Shown here: one piece after another, positions 8,790-16,497 of the stretch | How positions within the stretch are numbered: the first letter of the stretch is position 1 | Layout of the letters: every line of letters begins with the position of its first letter | From: an uncultured Syntrophaceae bacterium | Lineage (GTDB): Bacteria > Desulfobacterota > BSN033 > UBA1163 | Length of the DNA: 38,735 nt | Reading direction: 5' to 3' | Assembly: GCA_964641715.1 (NCBI GenBank) | Contig: CAZXMB010000003.1 | Coordinates: 1 to 38,735, forward strand | The notes under the pieces: generated by a model | Seen by the model: the letters and a program-made list of their open reading frames with translations, nothing else | Told to the model about the DNA's origin: nothing | Databases searched by the model: none | Made by a program: the position numbers and the translations under genes

Positions 8790-9380
8790 TTACGGTCGGA
8801 TCAAACGATCAGCCTCCAGCATGGACTGGAGAATATCATACATGTTGGAAATCGTGCCTACACTCAGTTTTTCTCTTAACTTATAGAAATCGAGACATGT
8901 TCCGCAGGAGACAATCTCCACTCCCGCTTTAGATAACTCTACAAGATTCTCAAGAACCTTGGAACCTTCGGCAGCCAATTGAACTCCGCTATTGATTAGA
9001 ATCAAACGATCAGGCTTCTTCTCCAGATCCAGTAGGGTCTTAAGGAAGGCCTTCATTAAGAAGGATCCCAATGCTTCATCCCCCATCCCGAGAAGATCGG
9101 AGTTGATGTAGACTACTACCTTTCTTACTTTCTCCTCCTGTTTGACTGCTCTTTCTTCATCTCTGGCCTTGATCTTCTGGATATGGATATAAAAATCCTC
9201 TCCTTTCTTCTCCACTCCGACTGAACATCCCTGACTTTGAGCGAATCTCTCCACATTGCCACATGAAGAAGGATTGTCCACAATAACGATCAACTCACCC
9301 TCTTTTAGTTGATCCAATGCTTGCTTTGTCGTAATTACAGGTTGAGGGCAGCCCATGCCCCTGCAATCGATCTCTTTCAT
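8790..9380 (-). CDS. yedF: YedF-type selenium metabolism protein (TusA-like plus DsrE-like domains)
   Basis: ORF 8790..9404; the likely start is MKEIDCRGMGCPQPV (ATG 9380), 8 nt after AAGGAGG. It has a CPxP TusA motif and a C-terminal DsrE-like half (VVVYINSD..ILINSGV..VSCGTCLD). Confidence 0.8.
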   Translation of the reverse strand: MKEIDCRGMGCPQPVITTKQALDQLKEGELIVIVDNPSSCGNVERFAQSQGCSVGVEKKGEDFYIHIQKIKARDEERAVKQEEKVRKVVVYINSDLLGMGDEALGSFLMKAFLKTLLDLEKKPDRLILINSGVQLAAEGSKVLENLVELSKAGVEIVSCGTCLDFYKLREKLSVGTISNMYDILQSMLEADRLIRP

Positions 9381-9853
9381 CTGTTGGTCCCTCCTTTTAA
9401 TCATTTAATTTATTATTCAGATTGGATGGAAAGCGGATTTAAGATGGTGATTAATGTGGCTTCAGAAGAAGTTCTCGGCGAGATGAGAGCCCTCTATCCA
9501 ACCAGTCCAATCTTTCTCCTCACACCCTGCCCATTTGAAATTAGCCCAAACCTATGGGCAATTTGAGGCCTCTTTCATGGACGGCATAGAGAATTCCAAA
9601 TACGGTTCATTGGCTCTCACCTCTTTCCTATCCATAGCTGAATTCCCCCGCCCTTCACCCTTTTTCCAGGCGCGAGAGGATTCCAACAATCAACACAACT
9701 TCAGATTAGAAAAAGAATTTCTATATGTCAAATCGGAAATTTCGATAATAATTTCCTTAAATATTGAGATTTCAGATGATCTCTAAATAGGATTTAGATA
9801 GAAATTTTTTAAAACAGAAATGAAATTTGCAGTCCTTTTGCTTTAATCTTAAG

Positions 9854-10900
9854 ATGATTAAAATAAAAGCTCTCTTCGAGATATTTATGGAAGATCATTT
9901 TTATATTCAATGGCATATCACTAACCTTTGCAATCTGCGATGCAAGCATTGCTACCAGGATGATTTCTCTAAAGGGAATGATCTGAATTGGGAAGGTCTT
10001 AAAAAGGTCTCTGAAAATCTCCTCACCACGATCGAAAAATGGGATCAGAAAGCCTGCATCCATCTTACCGGTGGTGAACCTCTTTTAAAACCCGAGCTAT
10101 TTCTCCTCCTGGATCGTCTTGATCAATCCCCTGTCATTGAAGAATTGGGTCTCATCACTAATGGCCTTTTTTTGGATAGGGAGGGGATCGAAAAGCTCAT
10201 CCCCTTTTCTAAATTAAAGAAGATCAAAGTCTCTCTGGACGGAGCGAGTGCGGAGACGAATGATTCGATTCGTGGAAAGGGGAATTTTTCTAAGGTGATC
10301 CGGAATCTCTCCCGGCTTAAGGATGAAAACCGCTTTGAGACCATTCTCATGCTCACCCTCATGAGAAGAAATTTCAGGGATCTTCCGGCTTTTCTTAAAC
10401 TCTCTCAGGATCTGGGGGTCAATGGGTTCATCATTGAAAGGTTCATTCCTTTGGGAAGGGGAAGGGAGAGGATGGATGAGGTATTGAAAAAAGAGCAGTG
10501 GAAAGAATTGACCACCCTTCTTTCAGACCTATTTTTAATCGAGGAAAGGGATAACCTTCTTTCCTTTCAGGCCTTCCAGGTCAACCTCAATGGAGATGAA
10601 CCGGAACTCTTAGGCGCTCCATGTGTCATCGGGAGAGATGGGATCTGTGTGATGCCGGATAGAGATGTTTTTCCCTGCCGGAGGTTTCCCGTCTCCATAG
10701 GAAATCTTTCGGAAGATTCATTGAAGACGATCTGGGAGAAATCAGAGATTCTTGAGAAATTAAGAGGAAAAGACAATCTCAAAGGCAAATGCGGAGCATG
10801 TGATATAGAGGACTGCCGCGGTTGCCGTAGTTTAGCCTTCTCTTTAACTGGAGACTACCTCGCTGAAGATCCTCATTGCTGGTATTCCGGTCAATCCTGA
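9854..10900 (+). CDS. Radical SAM enzyme with C-terminal SPASM domain
   Basis: CNLRCKHC (CxxxCxxC), GGEPLL, and SPASM Cys-rich tail PCVIGRDGICVMPDRDVFPC..GKCGACDIEDCRGC. ATG at 9854 is preferred over the TTG at 9827. Confidence 0.8.
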   Translation: MIKIKALFEIFMEDHFYIQWHITNLCNLRCKHCYQDDFSKGNDLNWEGLKKVSENLLTTIEKWDQKACIHLTGGEPLLKPELFLLLDRLDQSPVIEELGLITNGLFLDREGIEKLIPFSKLKKIKVSLDGASAETNDSIRGKGNFSKVIRNLSRLKDENRFETILMLTLMRRNFRDLPAFLKLSQDLGVNGFIIERFIPLGRGRERMDEVLKKEQWKELTTLLSDLFLIEERDNLLSFQAFQVNLNGDEPELLGAPCVIGRDGICVMPDRDVFPCRRFPVSIGNLSEDSLKTIWEKSEILEKLRGKDNLKGKCGACDIEDCRGCRSLAFSLTGDYLAEDPHCWYSGQS

Positions 10901-10977
10901 AATTTTCATGCCGAACTTGTTTCAGCATCTCTTCAGGATGATACAGACAAGGAGTTTCCAGTTCCCGCAAAAATCCA

Positions 10978-11006
10978 TTGACAACATAAAGCTTTTAATC
11001 AAGAAT
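10978..11006 (+). promoter_or_regulatory. Sigma70-like promoter (TTGACA-N17-AAGAAT), left copy of the flanking repeat
   Basis: Exact TTGACA, a 17-nt spacer, then AAGAAT; 44 nt upstream of ORF 11050. Confidence 0.35.
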
Positions 11007-11049
11007 TGGCATATCTGGAAGCTATGAAAACCTTTCATAAAATAATCAA

Positions 11050-11340
11050 ATGAAACAAGGCTTAAGCTTTCTTAAAAAATTCCCAAAAGATCGCAATGGA
11101 TTGTATATTGTGTATGACCTTTACACCTTTGATAATTTTTTTCAATTGTTTTTGAAGAGCTGGCATGACCATGAAGAAGCTCTATTGTTTATCCTTGGTC
11201 ATTGCTCATTAAGTGCCTTAGTGTTCCAGGAGAGGATTCACAATAAAAAATATAAAAGACTCTTAGGAAAGGATGCATTACCGCCAGATTTGGCCGCTCA
11301 CAAGGCGAGACTTATCTACGATTTCATGAGCCTTAAATAG
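11050..11340 (+). CDS. Hypothetical protein (AT-rich islet)
   Basis: 96-aa ORF with no recognisable motif. Its stop codon directly abuts the stop codon of the convergent gene at 11341. Confidence 0.3.
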   Translation: MKQGLSFLKKFPKDRNGLYIVYDLYTFDNFFQLFLKSWHDHEEALLFILGHCSLSALVFQERIHNKKYKRLLGKDALPPDLAAHKARLIYDFMSLK

Positions 11341-12357
11341 TTAGCAAACTTCCTCAAGAATTAGTTGGTTATCTTTGAAGTGATATTCTACAAGGGTAAT
11401 GGTATTCTCTCTCAGGGCTTGTATTTTCTTGCATAGCTGATTATATTTTTCAAAAATTACGGACTTGAATCGTTCATTATCGGTATTCCTGAGATAGATC
11501 AAATAGAAATTGAGTCTTTCTATATTATTTGATTTTATTCTTTCAGAAAAAAGAGAATAATATAGATGCTTTCTAATTTCTTTTTGAATTTGTGGGATGA
11601 TGTTAGCTGTCAACTTACCTTTTTTAAGTTCAAAGATATTGATATTGTTTTCGTTTAAAACTACTATATCTGAAGGGTAAGCGTTTCCGAAAATAAATTG
11701 GTTATAGATTTCTGAAAAACCTAAATCATTGCTCTCGTATTTGTTTAGAAGGGTGTTAAAACTTTTGCATTCCTCACCCTTTTCGTTTTTTAGAGAAAGA
11801 ATAATATAAGATTCGAGATCACTCTCCGAGGAGAAATAGTTCTTCTTGTTAAGTCTGTTTTTTCGATAGATATATTCGCAATCGACGTGATTCATATCGT
11901 TAATCAATGCACTTTCTCGAACAGGGCTATAATTAGAGCCAAAATCATCGAATGTGGCTAAGATTGCGTCTCCCTCATCATTAGTTAAAGAAACGCAATG
12001 CAAGTGTTTATTCTGTTGAATTAAATTGATTATCCTAAAATACAATGCTATTTTTTCCAATTGTATTCCATTTAAGTACAGGTCTGTTTCTTCAATGATT
12101 CTTATTGTTCCTATGGGCTTAAATTTAATGCGATAGAAATATCTTTGCTGAGGATATATGATATCGTTGTTATGGAAGAGAGTCTCGGTAACCTGAAGTG
12201 GACCAAAAAGATTTTGAGATTTGGGGTTAAATTGAGAGAGAAAAATGATATCACCAACATTTATATTGGCTAACCAATTTGATTGACTTGCCCCGTAGGT
12301 CAAATACTCCAAGCATGGATCAGCAAATTTAGTTGTTGTTACTATGTAATATCTCAT
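11341..12357 (-). CDS. Hypothetical two-domain protein: N-terminal PUA/EVE-like beta-barrel candidate plus C-terminal NucS/Shedu-like PD-(D/E)xK nuclease
   Basis: 338-aa ORF in strongly AT-rich DNA. The C-terminal pattern is ESDLESYII..(40 aa)..YPSD(230)IVVLNENNINIFE(243)LK(245)KGK..IPQ(256)IQKE, i.e. E..LE / D-x12-ExK / Q, as in NucS/DUF4263-type nucleases. The N-terminal YG..NW..INVGDIIFL..FGPLQV pattern resembles EVE/ASCH. Confidence 0.55.
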   Translation of the reverse strand: MRYYIVTTTKFADPCLEYLTYGASQSNWLANINVGDIIFLSQFNPKSQNLFGPLQVTETLFHNNDIIYPQQRYFYRIKFKPIGTIRIIEETDLYLNGIQLEKIALYFRIINLIQQNKHLHCVSLTNDEGDAILATFDDFGSNYSPVRESALINDMNHVDCEYIYRKNRLNKKNYFSSESDLESYIILSLKNEKGEECKSFNTLLNKYESNDLGFSEIYNQFIFGNAYPSDIVVLNENNINIFELKKGKLTANIIPQIQKEIRKHLYYSLFSERIKSNNIERLNFYLIYLRNTDNERFKSVIFEKYNQLCKKIQALRENTITLVEYHFKDNQLILEEVC

Positions 12358-12562
12358 ATTTTAAGGCTAGCAAAAGCAAAACTATTTGTCTAGTAGATTC
12401 AGATAAAATTGAATAATTAACAATTTGGGATCCGAATGGGGTGAGAAAAGGGCCTCTTTTGTAGGGTCAGTGACATGAAAGGACGCCAGGAAATACTGAC
12501 GGGTTATTCAGGATGAATGAGAGAATTACTGGTGAATCGGTCTACCCTATTTTCACTTTCCC

Positions 12563-12982
12563 TTGATTAATTTAGCAAATCAATATGCTCAAGGAACTAG
12601 ACCAAAAGTGGTTGGTCAAAGGATATTGCAGAAATTGAAAGACCTTAAAAATTCCCTAAATAAAATTGATCGAACGATGGTTGAACAGTGGGTAAGAGAT
12701 TTAGTGGTTGTCAAAACATTTGCCGGATTAAGGTTCCAAGAAGCCATCCTTAAGAAAGGTGCAGACATAAAGAGAATAAACTCTCGCCTCTCTGAGCCGC
12801 ATGAAGAGCGGAGAGGGGTTGACGGGTTTATCGGCGATATTCCTGTTTCTATAAAGCCTGATACCTACAAAGTAAAGGCAGCATTACCAGAACAAATAGA
12901 TATTAAGATTGTCTATTACAAAAAGGTTGATGATACCATACTACCATTTTCTTTGACCTCCTCCATCGAAACAAAATCGTGA
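12563..12982 (+). CDS. Restriction-endonuclease-like protein (MjaI-family-like PD..SxK core), possibly N-terminally truncated
   Basis: INLANQYAQGTRPKVVGQ, VRDLVVVKTFAGLRFQEAIL and RGVDGFIGDIPVSIKPDTY recall the MjaI-type REase layout. It has a TTG start, and an in-frame stop lies only 10 codons upstream (12533). Confidence 0.4.
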   Translation: MINLANQYAQGTRPKVVGQRILQKLKDLKNSLNKIDRTMVEQWVRDLVVVKTFAGLRFQEAILKKGADIKRINSRLSEPHEERRGVDGFIGDIPVSIKPDTYKVKAALPEQIDIKIVYYKKVDDTILPFSLTSSIETKS

Positions 12983-12992
12983 TAAAAATTGA

Positions 12993-13021
12993 TTGACAAT
13001 TATAAGGGTTTACTCAAGAAT
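12993..13021 (+). promoter_or_regulatory. Sigma70-like promoter (TTGACA-N17-AAGAAT), right copy of the flanking repeat, upstream of rmuC
   Basis: Same geometry as 10978-11006; 75 nt upstream of the rmuC ATG. Confidence 0.4.
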
Positions 13022-13096
13022 AAATGAAATAGTTCGTTCCCCTAAAAGGGGTAGGATTTCGAGGAAGATGATGATCGGGTCCTCAAGGAGGAAGTG

Positions 13097-14344
13097 ATGA
13101 GTTGGACGCCTGTTTTGGTCGCCCTGCTGGCAGGGTTCATTTTAGGTTTAGTGGTCGCATTTGTCTTGAGGGTCATCCACGGGAAGACGGCCAAGGAGCT
13201 TGCCAGTGAAATTTTTCAGGAGAGTGAGTCTCAACGAAAAGCCAATATCGAAGCCCTGATGGAGAATGTAAAGGCTAACTTTGGAAGCCTGTCGCTTGAG
13301 GCCCTGTCCACCTCTACAGAGGAATTTTTAAAATTGGCCAAGGCAAAGTTGGAATCAGAAAGGGAGGTCGGGTCCCGGGAATTGGAAGCGAAGAAGGGCC
13401 TCATTGACCAGGAGCTGAAACGGATGACCGTCGAATTGGAAAAGGTTTCAGGGCTGATGAAGGAACTTGAGAAAGACAGAGCGGAAAAATTCGGGGAGCT
13501 TTCCAGTCAATTGAAGACGGCAAGTGAGCAGACCAAAGCCCTCATGCAAACCACCCAGACCCTTCGGGAGGCTCTCGGTAGCACGAAGGCGAGGGGGCAG
13601 TGGGGGGAACGCATGGCAGAGGATGTCCTTCGCCTTGCCGGTTTTATCGAGAATGTTAATTATTTAAAGCAGAAAGCGATCGAAGAGTCTGGATCGCGAC
13701 CAGATTTTACCTTCCTCCTGCCCCGTAACCTCAAACTCAATATGGATGTGAAGTTCCCTCTGGACAACTATATCCGGTTCCTGGAGGCCAAAGCAGAGGC
13801 CGAGAAGACAAAGTTCCGGAATGACTTCCTTCGGGATGTCAAGGCGAGAATCAAGGAAGTGACCACCCGTGAATATATCGATCCCGGGCAGAATACGGTG
13901 GATTATGTGCTTCTCTTTATTCCCAACGAACAGATTTATGCCTTCATCCATGAGCAGGACAGCTCCATCCTTGATGACGGGATCAAGAACCGGGTGGTTT
14001 TTTGTTCACCGATCACCCTCTTTGCCGTGCTGGCAGTCATCCGGCAGGCGGTTGATAATTTTTCATTGGAGCAGACCTCCAACGAAATACTGTCCCTTTT
14101 GGGTTCCTTCAAGAAGCAGTGGGGGGAGTTCCTTAAAAAGCTCGAAAACGTGGGCAGGCGAATCGGGGATGCGCAGAAGGAGTACGATGCCCTCATGACG
14201 ACCAGACGGACGCAGCTTGAAAAACCTCTTAAAAAGATGGAGTGGATCAGGACCCAGCGGGGATTGCCCGTCGCTCTGAATGAGAATGAAAAATCTCTGA
14301 CAGCCGGCGAAGGGGCTGAAAAAGAGGGCGAGAACGAATCCTGA
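13097..14344 (+). CDS. rmuC: DNA recombination protein RmuC
   Basis: N-terminal TM helix, long coiled-coil, then GQWGERMAEDVLRLAG..RPDFTFLLP..LNMDVKFPL..YVLLFIPNE, typical of RmuC. AAGGAGG precedes the start. Confidence 0.9.
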   Translation: MSWTPVLVALLAGFILGLVVAFVLRVIHGKTAKELASEIFQESESQRKANIEALMENVKANFGSLSLEALSTSTEEFLKLAKAKLESEREVGSRELEAKKGLIDQELKRMTVELEKVSGLMKELEKDRAEKFGELSSQLKTASEQTKALMQTTQTLREALGSTKARGQWGERMAEDVLRLAGFIENVNYLKQKAIEESGSRPDFTFLLPRNLKLNMDVKFPLDNYIRFLEAKAEAEKTKFRNDFLRDVKARIKEVTTREYIDPGQNTVDYVLLFIPNEQIYAFIHEQDSSILDDGIKNRVVFCSPITLFAVLAVIRQAVDNFSLEQTSNEILSLLGSFKKQWGEFLKKLENVGRRIGDAQKEYDALMTTRRTQLEKPLKKMEWIRTQRGLPVALNENEKSLTAGEGAEKEGENES

Positions 14345-14357
14345 TCCTCTCCTTCCT

Positions 14358-16481
14358 TCAGAAAATTTTCTTTCCTCCTGAGAGGGTCCTTTCCTCAACC
14401 TCCTTCTTCCTTGATTTGAGATAGAGAGTAAAGGAGCCGTAGGCATCGCACAGGACAGAGAATTCAGGGCTGACGAAGGTGGTTGTGTTAACCTGCTCAA
14501 TGATCGTAGGTCCATCGATTTGGTTTCCATACCGAAGCCAGTCCCCCTCGAAGACCGGAACCAGTTGAAATCTCCTCTGAGTAGGGAGATAGACCCTCCG
14601 CTTCTTTTTGAAGGCCTTGGAGGGATCCAGTCCCTTATATTTCATCTTGAGAAATTTTGGTTTCTCTGTATGACCAATGCAGGTGAGTCTCAGATTAATC
14701 ACTTCGATCGGTGTCCCAATCTCTTCCAGGGAATACCCGTAGAGGCGATTGTGTTCTGAATGAAATTTTTTTATGACCGATTCAAGTTTCCCCCGATGGA
14801 TCTCTTCCTGGATTACGGTGACATTGACCTCGTGATACTGCTTCACGTATCGCATGTCCATGGAATAGACGAATTGGATTCGATTTTTTGAGACATGTTC
14901 ATTTTTCAGAAGAGTTGTGCCTTCTTTTTCCATCTCTTCGAAGAGTTGACGAAACTTTTTAAGATCCAATTTCTGAAGAGGGCTCACACAAGTCCTAACG
15001 AAGTCATGTTGAAGATTGCTCATCAACATCCCGGCAGCGCAAAAAATGGAGGACTCCTTGGGGATGATCATCACGGGGATCTCCAATTCAAGGGCGATCA
15101 TGCAGGCGTGATTGGGGCCTGCTCCTCCTGCTACAACCAGTGGAAATTCACGCGGGTCTTCTCCTCTCTTTACTGAGACTTCTCGAATCCCAGCAGCCAT
15201 GTTCACATTGATCACATGGTACATTCCGGCGGCAGCCTCGATGACATCCATCTTCATCTTATCAGCGATGTGTTCTTTTATGGCCCTGGTCGCTTTTTCT
15301 TCATTCAGGGGGATCTTTCCTCCTGCGAAATAGTCTTTGTCGAGATAACCTAACAACAGGTCAGCATCCGTGCAGGTAGGCAGCGTTCCTCCCAGGTCGT
15401 AACAGGCAGGCCCTGGTTTTGCTCCCGCGCTCTGCGGTCCCATTCTCAAAAGTCCCCCTTCATCGATCCAACCGATCGATCCGCCTCCTGCGCCAATGGT
15501 GACAATGTTCAGCATAGGCAAGGCCAGCCGTAGACGGTTGATCTCACCTTCCGTGGTCACCAGCGGACTTCGGTTCTTGATCAGGGCGGCATCAAAACTT
15601 GTTCCTCCCATATCAACAGTGATGCAGTCCCTATATCCCTGGACAGCTGTATAGGCAATGCCAGCCACAGGTCCTCCTGCTGGTCCTGAGAGAAGGGTGA
15701 CTACTGCTTTCTCAATCGCATTCTCAGGAGAGATTACTCCACCATTGGACTGCATGATGAGAAGCACACCCTTAAACCCAATCCCTTTGAGCCTGCGAAG
15801 AAGGCTCGTCAAATAGCTTCTCAGGATTGGACCCACATAGGAGTTGAGCACAGTGGTCGAGATGCGATCATAGAAACGTATGGAAGGGAGGACGGTGCTT
15901 GAGAGGGTGAGATAGAGATCGGGCATCCTCTCCCGGATGATTTTGGCGGCCGCTTCTTCATGATCAGGGTTGGCAAAGGAGTTCATGAAACAGATGGCAA
16001 TGGCCTCGATCCCTTCTTCTGTGAACAGTTTCATCGAATCTTCCACATCTGATGAATGGAATGGAGTGATCACCTCTCCTTTATAATCCAGACGTTCCTC
16101 AATGGAGTGGCGAAGATATCGTGGAACCAATGGCATGACATTGGTGAAACGATTATTATATTGCTCCTCACGAATCCCCCTCCTCATCTCAAGGGTATCC
16201 CTGAGCCCTTTGGTGGTGAGAAGTCCTGTCTTGGCTCCCCGATAGGTGAGCACCGCATTGGTCGTGACCGTTGTCCCATGGACAATCGTATCGACCTCTT
16301 TGATAAATTGTTGAATAGAGATCTTTCGACCTTTCGCCATCTCCTCCAGACCATTCATCAGACCAATGGAGGGGTCATCCGGTGTAGAAAGAACTTTGTA
16401 GATCTCTGTATTCCCGTCTTCTTGAGCCAGAATGAAGTCCGTAAAGGTTCCACCCACATCAATCCCGATCTTATATTTCAT
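14358..16481 (-). CDS. Hydantoinase/oxoprolinase family A subunit (ATP-dependent, HyuA/OplA/AcxA-like)
   Basis: MKYKIGIDVGGTFTDFIL, VVHGTTVTTNA, DMGGTSFD; 707 aa. Confidence 0.9.
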   Translation of the reverse strand: MKYKIGIDVGGTFTDFILAQEDGNTEIYKVLSTPDDPSIGLMNGLEEMAKGRKISIQQFIKEVDTIVHGTTVTTNAVLTYRGAKTGLLTTKGLRDTLEMRRGIREEQYNNRFTNVMPLVPRYLRHSIEERLDYKGEVITPFHSSDVEDSMKLFTEEGIEAIAICFMNSFANPDHEEAAAKIIRERMPDLYLTLSSTVLPSIRFYDRISTTVLNSYVGPILRSYLTSLLRRLKGIGFKGVLLIMQSNGGVISPENAIEKAVVTLLSGPAGGPVAGIAYTAVQGYRDCITVDMGGTSFDAALIKNRSPLVTTEGEINRLRLALPMLNIVTIGAGGGSIGWIDEGGLLRMGPQSAGAKPGPACYDLGGTLPTCTDADLLLGYLDKDYFAGGKIPLNEEKATRAIKEHIADKMKMDVIEAAAGMYHVINVNMAAGIREVSVKRGEDPREFPLVVAGGAGPNHACMIALELEIPVMIIPKESSIFCAAGMLMSNLQHDFVRTCVSPLQKLDLKKFRQLFEEMEKEGTTLLKNEHVSKNRIQFVYSMDMRYVKQYHEVNVTVIQEEIHRGKLESVIKKFHSEHNRLYGYSLEEIGTPIEVINLRLTCIGHTEKPKFLKMKYKGLDPSKAFKKKRRVYLPTQRRFQLVPVFEGDWLRYGNQIDGPTIIEQVNTTTFVSPEFSVLCDAYGSFTLYLKSRKKEVEERTLSGGKKIF

Positions 16482-16497
16482 TGTCGGTTGACCTCTT

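Noticed and set aside
9309-9786. Track ORFs 9309..9566 and 9535..9786 in the yedF/rSAM intergenic region. I also looked there for a tRNA-Sec-like gene or a TGA-interrupted selenoprotein.
   Set aside because: The translations are not protein-like and use TTG starts without an RBS. I found no cloverleaf with a UCA anticodon context and no convincing frame that continues across a TGA. The region is kept only as an unexplained non-coding region.
10969-13021. Mobile-element machinery (integrase, transposase, tRNA attachment site) for the AT-rich islet.
   Set aside because: None of the three islet ORFs shows DDE, tyrosine or serine recombinase motifs, and no tRNA-like sequence flanks it. Only the imperfect 38-bp direct repeat supports an insertion, so I did not call it a mobile element.
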